This document shows positions 19,555-29,548 of a DNA stretch of 64,000 nucleotides, piece by piece. The stretch is from positions 640,001 to 704,000 of the forward strand of contig OZ244252.1 of the NCBI GenBank assembly GCA_965217185.1, given 5' to 3'. Both the position numbers and the translations under genes were made by a program. This stretch comes from an uncultured Candidatus Entotheonella sp. Its GTDB lineage: Bacteria > Tectomicrobia > Entotheonellia > Entotheonellales > Entotheonellaceae. The first letter of the stretch is position 1. Every line of letters starts with the position of its first letter. The notes under the pieces are model-generated. The model searched no databases, was not told the origin of the DNA, and worked only from the letters and a program-made list of their open reading frames with translations.

Positions 19555-20545
19555 GGGCTGCGGGGGCCTCATCGGAAGCGGGTGGAGCCGTGAGGGCGAG
19601 GAACGTTTCCTCAAGGGTGGGCGGTTGCACGTGCAACTCGCCGACGCGCCAGCCTTTGTCGCTGAGGAGGTTCCCAAGTTGCCGGGATACGCCCGTGCCG
19701 GCGGCGGCCCACACGTCGAACACCGCATAGTCGTCGCGGGAGTGCACCGGACGAACCTCCAGCAATCCGGGCAGGGTTTTCAGCGCCGACTCAACCGCTT
19801 CCCGCGGCGCCGCCACCGACAGGGACGCCCGTTCGTACTGCCGCAGCTCTTGCCGCAAGTCTTCCAGCGTTCCGTTGCCGACGATGCGCCCCTGGTTGAT
19901 GATGACCAGACGGTCGGCGATGGCCTCGACTTCTTGCAGAATGTGGGTGGAGAGCAACACGGTCTTGCCGTCGCTGGCGAGGTCCCAGACGAGCTGCCGC
20001 ACCGCCAAAATCTGGTGGGGGTCGAGGCTGGAGGTGGGCTCGTCGAGGATCAACACCTGTGGGTCATGGATGAGCGCCTGCGCCAGTCCCAGACGTTGCT
20101 GGTATCCCTTCGACAATTCGCGGATGAGCTGGCGGCCCACGCCTTGGAGTCCGCAGCGTTCCTCCACCCAGGCGCGGCGTTGACGCAGCCGGGCGCCCCG
20201 CAGGCCGCGGGCGCGACCGACAAAATTGAGATAGGCGCCGGCCCGCATTTCCGGGTATAACGGCACCACCTCCGGCAGGTAGCCGATCAGGCGCCGTACC
20301 GCTAGGGGCTCGTTGCGCACGCTCTTGCCGCCCACGGTGGCGCTGCCGCGCGTGGGATACAGGTAGGTCGTCAGAATTTTCATGGTCGTCGATTTGCCGG
20401 CACCGTTCGGGCCCAGCAAGCCGACCACCTGACCCGGCTCGACGTCGAAGCTGGCCCCCTCGAGGGCGACCCGCGGGCCGTAGTGCATGGACAGATCGGC
20501 GGCATGAATCACGACGGTCTGCTCCTTCATTTCAAGTCTGGCCAT
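19544..20545 (-). CDS. Second GldA-like ABC ATP-binding protein
   Basis: GPNGAGKSTTMKILTTYLYPT identical to 1095-2051; start could be 20530. Confidence 0.92.
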   Translation of the reverse strand: MARLEMKEQTVVIHAADLSMHYGPRVALEGASFDVEPGQVVGLLGPNGAGKSTTMKILTTYLYPTRGSATVGGKSVRNEPLAVRRLIGYLPEVVPLYPEMRAGAYLNFVGRARGLRGARLRQRRAWVEERCGLQGVGRQLIRELSKGYQQRLGLAQALIHDPQVLILDEPTSSLDPHQILAVRQLVWDLASDGKTVLLSTHILQEVEAIADRLVIINQGRIVGNGTLEDLRQELRQYERASLSVAAPREAVESALKTLPGLLEVRPVHSRDDYAVFDVWAAAGTGVSRQLGNLLSDKGWRVGELHVQPPTLEETFLALTAPPASDEAPAAHAC

Positions 20546-20558
20546 CCCAGGAAGGCGC

Positions 20559-20602
20559 TGACGACTTCACAAGTCGTCATTCCGGCGCACGCCGGAATCC
20601 AG
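20559..20602. repeat. REP-like palindrome (GTCATTCCGGCGCACGCCGGAATCCAG) plus overlapping 9-bp inverted repeat
   Basis: Stem ATTCCGGCG/CGCCGGAAT; related inverted copy at 41648-41670. Confidence 0.6.
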
Positions 20603-20637
20603 GACCGTTATATGACAATCATCTCAAGGGGGCCATC

Positions 20638-21036
20638 ATGTTGGGACATTTGGGCATTAACGTTACGGATTTGGAGCGCGCCAAAGCCTATTACGATCGC
20701 ATGATGCCGTTGCTGGGCTACGAGCCCTACCTCAGCGCCGCGGACCAGTTTGCCTACCGTCCGGCGAACCGTGAGCGCGGCCCGGCGTTGTTCTTCTACC
20801 CGGCGCTCGAAACCGGCCAGCTTTCGCGGCACCGTCCAGGGTTGCAGCATCTTGCCTTCGTGGTGGACTCACGGCCAGCCGTCCACGCGGTGCACGACGC
20901 GGTGCGGACGCTGGGCGGTGAGGTCGTGCACGCCCCGCAACTGTTCCCGCAATACCGGCCCCACTATTACGCCACGTTCTGGTTGGACCCGGAAGGCGTG
21001 ATGCTGGAGGTGCTGTGCCTGCGGCCGGAGGAATAA
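20638..21036 (+). CDS. VOC/glyoxalase family protein
   Basis: HLGINVTDLERAKAYY, HLAF, YYATFWLDPEG..LE. Confidence 0.88.
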   Translation: MLGHLGINVTDLERAKAYYDRMMPLLGYEPYLSAADQFAYRPANRERGPALFFYPALETGQLSRHRPGLQHLAFVVDSRPAVHAVHDAVRTLGGEVVHAPQLFPQYRPHYYATFWLDPEGVMLEVLCLRPEE

Positions 21037-21055
21037 CCGGGGCCGAAAGCCTGGA

Positions 21056-21376
21056 TTATTTCATGACGGATTTGGGTGTTGAGGCAATACGGGTGACCTT
21101 GATTTTTTCGCGGTCGAGCATGGCGGGAATCTGGGGCGCGATGGTGTTCTTCCAATGATCGCTTTCGTAGACGGCTTCGTACAGGCGTTTGCGCTCCGAC
21201 TCGCTGTCGAAACGGCGAATCCAGACGTACAGATCGTCTTCCTCTTCGCCCACGAAGCTGCCGAGGATGACCATGCCTTTGGAGACCTGGAAGGGAATGA
21301 TCTCGTCTTCCATGAATGATACCCAGGTCTCACGCTGGCCGGGTTTGGTACGGTACTCGCGCAATTCGAGAAACAT
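21056..21376 (-). CDS. NIPSNAP family protein
   Basis: ELREYRTKPG, YVWIRRFDS..ER pattern. Confidence 0.85.
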   Translation of the reverse strand: MFLELREYRTKPGQRETWVSFMEDEIIPFQVSKGMVILGSFVGEEEDDLYVWIRRFDSESERKRLYEAVYESDHWKNTIAPQIPAMLDREKIKVTRIASTPKSVMK

Positions 21377-21412
21377 GTCGCTCTCCTTAAAATAGGTGTC
21401 TGTCTGGCTGTT

Positions 21413-21448
21413 CCCTCTCTCCTGGATGGAGAGGGTGGGGGTGAGGGG
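21413..21448. repeat. CCCTCTC...GAGAGGG-GGGGTGAGGGG palindromic element, copy 1
   Basis: Related copies at 46500-46537 and inverted at 56601-56639. Confidence 0.7.
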
Positions 21449-21654
21449 AAATCAAGTGAGGCGCAAGCATAGGAAGCCTGGGGTTGCCTGTCAACCGGCA
21501 GACGGCGCCTTGCGGGCGGCGGCAGTGCAGGACCGAGGCATTCTTCGGAATCGTCGCCTGATGACTTTTGCAACAGACTCTTACATAATCCGCCCGCTGC
21601 GTGACGGCACCGCATTGAATTGGCTTTGCGCATGATTGCAGGAGACTACGAGAT

Positions 21655-24123
21655 ATGCCTGAGATCGCGGTACAGAAACGCGCCCGGGCGGTCATCATCG
21701 GCGCGGGGATCGCCGGTTGCAGCGTGGCGTACCACCTGACGAAGCTCGGCTGGCGCGACCTCGTCGTCGTCGAACAAGGCCCGCTGTTCGAGACGGGCGG
21801 CTCGACTTCTCACGCGCCGGGTCTCGTCTTTCAGATCAACCCGTCGAAGACCATGACGGCGCTTGCGAAGTACACGGCGCAACTATGGTCGGGGATGGAA
21901 CTCGGCGGTGCGCCGTGCGCCAAGACGGTGGGGAGTCTGGAGGTGGCATGGACGCCGGAGCGGCTCACCGACCTGAAGCGCAAGGCCGGGTACGGCTTGA
22001 GTTGGGGCATAGAGGCCCGCCTGCTCAGCCCCGTCGAGGCGCGCGGCCTGTTCCCCATGTTGTCCGACCGTATCCTGGGCGCGTTGCACGTTCCCTCCGA
22101 CATTCAGACAAAGGCGACCCGCCCGGCGGAAGCGATGGCGCGTGAGGCGGAGCGGAACGGCGCGGCATTCCACGGCGGCGTCGAGGTTACCGGCTTCGGG
22201 ATGGACAACGGCCGGATTACGGCGGTCCACACCACGCACGGGGAAATCGCAACGGACTTGGTGGTGGCCGCCACCGGCATCTGGGCACCAACGGTCGGCG
22301 GGCTGGCGGGGGTGCCCATCCCGCTGTCGCCGATGCAGCACCTCTACGCCGTGACCATCCCTGTACCGGAGTTGGCCGGCGCGACGGAGGAGATTTCACT
22401 GCCGATTCTGCGTCACCAGGACGCGGCGACGTATTTCCGGCAGCACGGCGAGGCTATCGGCATCGGCTCCTACAGGCACGAACCCCTGCTGGTGGATGCC
22501 GCCGACATCCTCAGCCACGAGGAAGCGCCGGTCGCCCCGGCGGAGATGCCCTTCACGCCGTCTCACTTCGAAGCGTCGATGACGGCGGCGGGTGACGTTT
22601 TTCCCGCTCTCAAAGGCGTCGGGCTGGCGCGCAAGTTCAACGGCCTGTTCTCATTCACCACGGACGGATTTCCGGTTCTCGGCGAGTCGCCCCAAGTTAA
22701 AGGCTTCTGGTCGGCGCAGGCGGTCTGGATTACCCACGCCGCCGGTGTCGGCAGGGCTGTCGCCGAGTGGATCGTGAACGGCGAGCCGACCCTTGACCTT
22801 CGGGAGTGCGACATCCGCCGCTTCTGCCCGCACGCCCTCAGCCGCCGCTACGTCCGCGCCCGTGCCGCGCAGCAGTACCGCGAGGTGTATGACATCATCC
22901 ACCCGCGCCAGCAGATGGACGACCCCCGGAATCTGCGGCTGACACCGTTCCACGTTCGACAGAAGGAACTGGGCGCCGTCTTTTTCGAGAACGCCGGATG
23001 GGAGCGCCCCCAGTGGTATGAGGCCAACGCGGGCCTGCTGGACGCCCTGGACGTCACGGGCGCATCGCGGTCCGGCTGGGCGGCCCGGGAGTGGTCGCCG
23101 ACGGTCGCCGCAGAGCACGCTGCCACCCGCGAGCGCGTGGCGGTGTTTGACATGACGCCCTTCGCCAAGTTCGAGCTTGCGGGTCCCGGCGCCCTGGCCG
23201 CCCTTCAGCGCCTCGCCGCCAACCAGATGAACAAGCCGGTCGGTGCGATTGCCTACACGTCCATGCTGACGCCCCAGGGCGGGATCAAGTGCGACCTGAC
23301 GGTAACGCGGCTCGGTGAAGAGCGCTTCATGATCGTCACCGGCGGCGCCATGGGATTGCACGATCTGGACTGGATCCGCTCGCACCTGCCGGACGATGGC
23401 GCGGTCAGCGTGGCCGACGTCTCGTCGGGGCGATGCTGCGTCGGCCTGTGGGGACCAAGGGCGCGCGACCTGCTGAGCCGGGTCTGCGAGTCCGACGTTT
23501 CAGACGCGGGGTTCCCGTACATGACTGCGAAGCCCATAATGATTGCCGAAGTCCCGGCGCTGGCGCTTCGCATTTCGTACGTGGGCGAGCTTGGCTGGGA
23601 GATATACGCCCCCGCCGAGCACGGCCTGCGGCTGTGGGACACCCTTTGGGAAGCGGGCCTGCCGCTCGGCGTCATTGCCGCGGGCGGCGGGGCGTTCGAC
23701 TCGCTGCGGCTTGAAAAGGGCTACCGGCTGTGGGGCGCCGACATCCACACGGAGTACGATCCGTACGAGGCGGGCCTCGGGTTCGCGGTGCGGATGCAGA
23801 AAGGGGATTTCGTCGGCAGGGAGAGGCTGCGGGAGAGGCGGGCGCAGGGCCAGACGCGCAGACTGTGCTGCATGACCCTGAACGCCCATGACGCCGTCGT
23901 CATGGGCAAGGAACCGATCATGGACGGCAACCGCGTACTGGGTTACGTGACGAGCGCCAACTACGGCCACTCGATCGGCCGCGGCATCGTCTATGGCTAT
24001 CTGCCGACGAGTCATGCCGAGGTTGGAACGCGCGTTGACGTCATATATTTCGGAGAGCGTCTTCCGGCGACGGTTGCAAAGGAGCCGCTGTACGATCCGA
24101 GCGGCCGGAAGATGAAGGCGTGA
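21655..24123 (+). CDS. FAD-dependent dimethylglycine oxidase/sarcosine dehydrogenase-like protein (DAO + GcvT domains)
   Basis: IIGAGIAG, GSTSHAPG, GWERPQW, SYVGELGWEIY, SLRLEKGY. Confidence 0.9.
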   Translation: MPEIAVQKRARAVIIGAGIAGCSVAYHLTKLGWRDLVVVEQGPLFETGGSTSHAPGLVFQINPSKTMTALAKYTAQLWSGMELGGAPCAKTVGSLEVAWTPERLTDLKRKAGYGLSWGIEARLLSPVEARGLFPMLSDRILGALHVPSDIQTKATRPAEAMAREAERNGAAFHGGVEVTGFGMDNGRITAVHTTHGEIATDLVVAATGIWAPTVGGLAGVPIPLSPMQHLYAVTIPVPELAGATEEISLPILRHQDAATYFRQHGEAIGIGSYRHEPLLVDAADILSHEEAPVAPAEMPFTPSHFEASMTAAGDVFPALKGVGLARKFNGLFSFTTDGFPVLGESPQVKGFWSAQAVWITHAAGVGRAVAEWIVNGEPTLDLRECDIRRFCPHALSRRYVRARAAQQYREVYDIIHPRQQMDDPRNLRLTPFHVRQKELGAVFFENAGWERPQWYEANAGLLDALDVTGASRSGWAAREWSPTVAAEHAATRERVAVFDMTPFAKFELAGPGALAALQRLAANQMNKPVGAIAYTSMLTPQGGIKCDLTVTRLGEERFMIVTGGAMGLHDLDWIRSHLPDDGAVSVADVSSGRCCVGLWGPRARDLLSRVCESDVSDAGFPYMTAKPIMIAEVPALALRISYVGELGWEIYAPAEHGLRLWDTLWEAGLPLGVIAAGGGAFDSLRLEKGYRLWGADIHTEYDPYEAGLGFAVRMQKGDFVGRERLRERRAQGQTRRLCCMTLNAHDAVVMGKEPIMDGNRVLGYVTSANYGHSIGRGIVYGYLPTSHAEVGTRVDVIYFGERLPATVAKEPLYDPSGRKMKA

Positions 24124-24187
24124 GTCCATTGCGGATGTTTTCCGAGTCATCGAATTGGCACAGAGCCGAATATGCGGAGGTTTTCAA

Positions 24188-25444
24188 ATGGCGCAGACTT
24201 TGATCATCGATGGCCTCAAGAAGCGCATCCTGCCGATCAACCTGCGGCAGAGCGGCAATAGCGATGCCCAGATGCTAATCTCGACGCGGGTCAGAAAGTC
24301 GCCCTGGTGGCACCTGTCGAAGGCGGCGGGTTGCTGGGCCTATACGACGTACAACCACCTCTATCATCCGAGGGCGTACGTCAGGCCGGAGGAGGGCGGG
24401 CTGATGGCGGAGTACAAGACGCTCACCGAGCACGTCAGCATGTGGGACGTGGCGGTCGAGCGCCAAATCCAGGTCAAGGGCCCGGACGCCGCGGACTTCG
24501 TGGACTATCTGATTACCCGCAACGTACACACCCGGGTGCCGACGATGCAGGCCCGCTACGTCATCCTGTGCAACCAGTACGGCGGCATCATCAACGATCC
24601 GGTGCTGCTGCGGGTGGCCGACGACGAGTTCTGGTTCAGCATCTCCGACTCGGACCTGCTGCTGTGGGCGCAGGGCGTCAACGCCACCGGCAGGTTTAAC
24701 GTCGACATCCACGAGATCGACGTATCCCCGGTCCAAATCCAGGGCCCCAAGTCGGTGCCGCTCATGGAGAAAATGTTCGGCTCCCACGTCAGGGACATTC
24801 CCTACTACGGGCTGATTCACGACACCCTGAACGGCCATCCGGTCACGGTGTCGCGCACCGGGTTCTCCGCCGAGGTCGGGTTCGAGATCTACCTGCACGA
24901 CGCCATGCTCCATGCCGACGATGTCTGGCCGCACATCCTTGCGCAGGGCGAGGAGTTCAATCTGGGCGTCATCGCCCCCAGCCACGTCCGCCGCCTGGAG
25001 GCCGGCATCCTCTCCTACGGCCAGGACATGGACATCGAGAACAATCCCTTCGAGGTCCGGCTCGGCTGGCAGGTGGATTTCGACAAGGGCGACTACATCG
25101 GCAAGGACGCGCTGGCCCGGATCAAGGCGGAGGGGGTCAAGCAGCGGCTCGTTGGCCTCAAGCTCGGTGGCGAACCGATCGTCTGGTACAACGAAGACTT
25201 CTATCTGGTCAAGGACGAGGGCTCCGGCGCCGACGTGGGTTACGTCACCAGCGCCTTCTGGTCTCCGAGCCTGGAGTCGAACATCGCCTTGGCCGTCATG
25301 CCCCGCACCCACTGGCAGAGGGGGACGCGGGTCAAGGTACAGCTCCCCAAGGACGGCATCGTGGACGCCGAAGTGGTGCCGGTGCCGTTCCTCGACCCGA
25401 CGAAGGACATCCCCAAGAAGAAACTGACGGACGCAGCGGCGTAG
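24188..25444 (+). CDS. GcvT-family folate-dependent aminomethyltransferase/demethylase
   Basis: WDVAVERQIQVKGPDA, SRTGFSAEVGFEIY, RRLEAG; ATG 24188 after GGAGG. Confidence 0.88.
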   Translation: MAQTLIIDGLKKRILPINLRQSGNSDAQMLISTRVRKSPWWHLSKAAGCWAYTTYNHLYHPRAYVRPEEGGLMAEYKTLTEHVSMWDVAVERQIQVKGPDAADFVDYLITRNVHTRVPTMQARYVILCNQYGGIINDPVLLRVADDEFWFSISDSDLLLWAQGVNATGRFNVDIHEIDVSPVQIQGPKSVPLMEKMFGSHVRDIPYYGLIHDTLNGHPVTVSRTGFSAEVGFEIYLHDAMLHADDVWPHILAQGEEFNLGVIAPSHVRRLEAGILSYGQDMDIENNPFEVRLGWQVDFDKGDYIGKDALARIKAEGVKQRLVGLKLGGEPIVWYNEDFYLVKDEGSGADVGYVTSAFWSPSLESNIALAVMPRTHWQRGTRVKVQLPKDGIVDAEVVPVPFLDPTKDIPKKKLTDAAA

Positions 25445-25555
25445 CCAGTCTCAGACACCCGGAAAGGCGTTGCCTCGCTCATCCACGTTCGCCCCCGCAC
25501 CGGTCAAGACCGAGTTCCTGCGCCTTGCTCCATGCCGCACCCCGCCCACCGATCC

Positions 25556-26191
25556 TCAGGACAGCGCTTTGCGGGCCATGACGACGTACAGCGGATCGCT
25601 GCCCGGCGGGAAGGGGGGCGAGCAGTCGCGGGCTTCAAGGTCCACGAACCCACCGGCTTCTCTGAAGTAGGCGGCGATCAGGTCGGCGTGCTGGCGGTCG
25701 TTGAGGCGGCGCCAGACGGCCACCGCCTTGGTGGGGAACATGCGGTTGGAATAGATGACGGCGAACAGGCCGCCCGCCTGCAGGACGCGGTGCACGTCGC
25801 GGAACACGGCGACCGGCTGGGTGAGGTACTGGATCGACACGGTGATGACCGCGGCGTTGAAGCTGGCGTCGCCGAACGGCAGCCGGGCGACGGTGTTGAC
25901 GTCGTGCACCACGAAGTCGTCCAGGTCCGGGTTGTCGGCCATTTCCTCGGCGTTGAGGCCCAGGCCGACGAGGCGGCGTTTGGCCAGCTCGGGCGGCCAG
26001 TGCGAGCGCCAACTGCTGAGCAGATCGAGCACCTCGGCATTGGGCGGCACGGCGTCGCGCAGGAAGTCCGCCACCGCGACGCAGGCGGCTGTGTCGATGT
26101 GCACCACCTTGCGCGGCTCGACGTAGAAGAGAGGGTCCGGGCTGTCGTCCAGGCGCGCAAAATCGTCCGGTTGGAAGAGGGATTCGTTCAT
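25556..26191 (-). CDS. SAM-dependent methyltransferase (type 11-like)
   Basis: DPLFYVEPRKVVHID, VLDLLSSWRSH, SNRMFPTKAV. Confidence 0.82.
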   Translation of the reverse strand: MNESLFQPDDFARLDDSPDPLFYVEPRKVVHIDTAACVAVADFLRDAVPPNAEVLDLLSSWRSHWPPELAKRRLVGLGLNAEEMADNPDLDDFVVHDVNTVARLPFGDASFNAAVITVSIQYLTQPVAVFRDVHRVLQAGGLFAVIYSNRMFPTKAVAVWRRLNDRQHADLIAAYFREAGGFVDLEARDCSPPFPPGSDPLYVVMARKALS

Positions 26192-26204
26192 GCCGGGGCG
26201 CCGA

Positions 26205-27164
26205 TCAAAACCAGCGGCTTTTTTCTACGATGTTACGCAACTCGCGGCCCTCGTTGAAGCGCTGGCAGTTGTCGAGCAGCAGCTCGGTGCGGCGCTCCTG
26301 CAGATAAGGGCCGATACCGGCGACGTGCGGCGTCAACAGCACGCCCGGCGTGTTCCACAAGGCATGTTCCGGCGGCAGGGGTTCGATCTCGAATACGTCC
26401 AGACCGGCGCCGGCGATTTCGCCGCCGCGCAGCGCCGCCACCAATTCGTCGAGCTTTACGCAGGCGCCGCGCCCGATGTTGATGATAAAAGCGGATTTGC
26501 GCATGGCGCGAAACTCGGCCTTGCTCATCAGACCCTCGGTTTCGGGGGTGTGCGGCACGGTGAGGATGACAAAATCGGCCTGTGGCAGCATGTCGTGCAA
26601 GGCGTCGGGGCGCTGTAGCTCTTTCATGCTCGGCGGCGCCTCGGGGCGGCGGGCGTCAACGCCCAGAACGGTCATCCCGAAGGCGGCGCAAAGGCGTGCC
26701 GTCTCGCTGCCGATGCCACCGACGCCGACGATGAGAGCGGTGGCTTCCGACAGGTGGATGATGTCATGCTCGCCGTGCGGGCGCCATTGCCGCAGAAGTT
26801 GGCTCGGCAGGTAGTGATGCAGACCGCGCGCGAAGGCCAGCACAAAGGCCATGATGTGGGCGCCGATGTGGTCGTTGTAGATTTCGCGCTGATTGGTGAC
26901 CACCACCTCGTTGTCGATGAGCTCCGGCGTGTAATACCCGGCGGGCGGCGCCGCCGCGGGGGCCTGAATCCAGCGCAGGCGCTTGGCGCGTTTCAACAAA
27001 TCCGGCACCACGTCGCCGTACGCTGCGTCGGCGTCGACAATAGCCCCGCGCGCGGCTTCTGGACTGTCGAACAAGGCCACCTCGCAATCGGGCACCGCGG
27101 CGCGGATTTTCTCCGGCCAGTCCGCCTGCGTGTTGGGCGGCAAGAGAACCATTTTGAAACCCAT
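26205..27164 (-). CDS. D-2-hydroxyacid dehydrogenase
   Basis: GVGGIG, INIGRG, LDVFEIEP, TPHVAG. Confidence 0.92.
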   Translation of the reverse strand: MGFKMVLLPPNTQADWPEKIRAAVPDCEVALFDSPEAARGAIVDADAAYGDVVPDLLKRAKRLRWIQAPAAAPPAGYYTPELIDNEVVVTNQREIYNDHIGAHIMAFVLAFARGLHHYLPSQLLRQWRPHGEHDIIHLSEATALIVGVGGIGSETARLCAAFGMTVLGVDARRPEAPPSMKELQRPDALHDMLPQADFVILTVPHTPETEGLMSKAEFRAMRKSAFIINIGRGACVKLDELVAALRGGEIAGAGLDVFEIEPLPPEHALWNTPGVLLTPHVAGIGPYLQERRTELLLDNCQRFNEGRELRNIVEKSRWF

Positions 27165-27184
27165 GAGCGACTCCCTCTGTCGGG

Positions 27185-28465
27185 TTAGATGATGTGTTGG
27201 TCACGCAGCCGTTGGATGTGCGCGTCGTCGTAGCCCAGGGACTGCAGAATGTCGTCCGTGTGCGCGCCCAGCGGCGGGGCGGGGGGGCCGACCTCGCCCG
27301 GCGTGGCGGACAGGTTGACCGGCAGGCCGATGACTTTGATCGCACCGCCTTCAGGATGGCGCTGCTCCGCGACCATGGAATTATGGTGCACCTGCGGGTC
27401 CGCGAACAGCTCGGCGTAGTCGTACACCGGCGCGCAGAGCACGTCGTAGGTGCTCAGGTAGGCGAGCCAGTCGTCGCGGCTGCGGGCGCTCAGGATTTTC
27501 TCCAGCACGGCGACGAGCGCCTCGCCGTGGGCACGGCGCGCCTCGCGGGAAGCGAAGCGGGTATCGTCGGCCAAGTCGGCAAACTCGGGTACCGAGCACA
27601 GGCGCCGCCACCACTCGTCGGAGTGCGCGTTCAACACCAGCCAATTGTCGCGGGTGGGAAACACGCCGTAGGGCTGCGAGATCATCCAATGCCCGCTGCC
27701 GCTGCGGGGCGGCAGGGCGCCGGAATTGAGAAAGACGGTGGCCTCCATGGATTGCAGGGCGATCATGGCGTCGAGCAGCGAGACTTCCACCTCCTGGCCG
27801 ATGCCGTACCGCGAGCGCGCTTGCAGGGCGGTGACGACCCCGTAGGCGGCGGTCAGAGCGCCAGTGACGTCGGCGAGATAGGTGCCGACCGCAACCGGCG
27901 GGCCGCCTTCCCAGCCGGTGGTGCTGATGATGCCCGACATGCCTTGCAGCAGCAGGTCCTGTCCGGGGCGTTTGGCGAGCGGGCCGTCCTGGCCGTAGCC
28001 GGAGAGCGAGCAGTAGATGAGCGACGGATTGAGCGGGCGCAGGCGTTCGGCGTCGAGGCCGAGCCGGGCCATGACGCCGGGCCGGAAATTGTGGATGAGC
28101 ACGTCGCTGCGGGTCGTGAGGCGGCGGATGATTTCCTGTCCATCAGGCTGCCGCAGATCGACGGTGAGACTGCGTTTGTTGCGGTTGCGGGCGAGGAACG
28201 AGGCGCTGTCGCCGTGCACCCGCACGCTGCCGGCCTGCCGCGCCGGGTCACCCGTTTCGCGGGGTTCGATCTTGATGACGTCGGCGCCCATGTCGGCCAG
28301 CATCTGGGTGCAGAAAGGGCCGAAAATGTAGCGCGACAGATCAAGCACGTGGACGCCGTCGAGGGCTTTGGGCGCGCGCCCGAGGTGTTGCAGGCGCTGC
28401 TGTTTGAGCTCATGCAACTCGGCTTCGAGGGCGGCGATGCGGGCTTCGAGGGCTGAGTCGGACAC
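27185..28465 (-). CDS. CaiB/BaiF family III CoA transferase
   Basis: LADMGADVIKIE, NRNKRSLTVDL, HNFRPG, APPLGAHT. Confidence 0.92.
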   Translation of the reverse strand: MSDSALEARIAALEAELHELKQQRLQHLGRAPKALDGVHVLDLSRYIFGPFCTQMLADMGADVIKIEPRETGDPARQAGSVRVHGDSASFLARNRNKRSLTVDLRQPDGQEIIRRLTTRSDVLIHNFRPGVMARLGLDAERLRPLNPSLIYCSLSGYGQDGPLAKRPGQDLLLQGMSGIISTTGWEGGPPVAVGTYLADVTGALTAAYGVVTALQARSRYGIGQEVEVSLLDAMIALQSMEATVFLNSGALPPRSGSGHWMISQPYGVFPTRDNWLVLNAHSDEWWRRLCSVPEFADLADDTRFASREARRAHGEALVAVLEKILSARSRDDWLAYLSTYDVLCAPVYDYAELFADPQVHHNSMVAEQRHPEGGAIKVIGLPVNLSATPGEVGPPAPPLGAHTDDILQSLGYDDAHIQRLRDQHII

Positions 28466-28621
28466 GGGAATTCCTTAAACGGTTGTTGGAATAAAGCGTT
28501 TATACCATAGGTGCCAACGAGCGGTCCACGAAGGGGGTTGACAGGACGGCGACGGGGTGGGTTAGAGTGGGGGACGGTTTTCAGGTCCCAAGACAAACAG
28601 AAGCGGGGGAGTAGGGGCGTT

Positions 28622-29398
28622 ATGCGACGATTTGAGGGCAAGGTTGTGGCGGTGACGGGCGGCGCGTCGGGGATCGGCGAGGCGACGGCGCGGCGTTGCG
28701 GTGCCGAGGGCGCGCGGGTGGCGATTGCCGACCGCGATGCCGAGCGCGGCGAGTGGGTGGCGGCGGACTTGCAGGGCCAAGGCGTTGAGGCGCTGTTCGT
28801 GGCGGCGCAAGTGGAACGCGAAGAGGCGGCGGCGGATTTTGTGCGGCGCACGGTGGATCGTTTCGGGCGGCTCGACGTGCTGGTGAACAACGCCGGCATC
28901 CGGTTGTACCAGACGGTGGTGGAGGCCAGCGCCGAGAGTTGGGACACGATCCTGGCGGTCAACGTGAAGGGTTATGCCTTCTGCGCCAAGGCCGCCATTC
29001 CGGTGATGCGGCAAAACGGCGGCAGCATCGTCAACGTGGCGTCGATACGCGCCGTCACCGCCGGCGGCAACATGACGCAGTACGACACCAGCAAGGCGGC
29101 CGTGGCCGGGTTGACGCGCGGCCTGGCGATGGACCACGCCATGGAGGGCATCCGGGTCAACGCCGTGTGCCCGGGGCCGATCTTCACGCGCTTCCACGAG
29201 AACCGGGCGCAGGAGGCCGGCAAGACGCCGGATGAGTTCAAGAAGACCTTCGCGGGCGGCGTCATGCTGCAGCGGCCGGGTACACCGGAGGAGGTGGCGG
29301 CCTGTATCCTGTTCCTGGCCTCGGACGACGCCTCATTCGTTACCGGCACCTGCCTGTTCGTCGACGGCGGGATAACCGCGGCGTCGCCAACCCATTGA
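28622..29398 (+). CDS. SDR family oxidoreductase
   Basis: TGGASGIG, NNAG, YDTSK. Confidence 0.92.
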   Translation: MRRFEGKVVAVTGGASGIGEATARRCGAEGARVAIADRDAERGEWVAADLQGQGVEALFVAAQVEREEAAADFVRRTVDRFGRLDVLVNNAGIRLYQTVVEASAESWDTILAVNVKGYAFCAKAAIPVMRQNGGSIVNVASIRAVTAGGNMTQYDTSKAAVAGLTRGLAMDHAMEGIRVNAVCPGPIFTRFHENRAQEAGKTPDEFKKTFAGGVMLQRPGTPEEVAACILFLASDDASFVTGTCLFVDGGITAASPTH

Positions 29399-29548
29399 TT
29401 TAAGAGGATATAGCGAATGTTTTCGGCTAGGTTGGAATCGTATGAAGTATTCCACACGTTTTGGGGAAAACCACTGGAATTCCCTGTCTAAGCGATTGGC
29501 GGAAGTGAGGTTTTGCAGAATGCTGAAAATGGCAGCACTACCCCAACG

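Noticed and set aside
1095..20545. Gliding motility locus
   Set aside because: Only GldA/F/G-like ABC parts are present, with no motor or T9SS genes; such cassettes are widespread in non-gliding bacteria
21450..21654. Glycine or THF riboswitch before the GcvT-family genes
   Set aside because: No recognisable aptamer consensus by eye; an Rfam/Infernal scan would settle it
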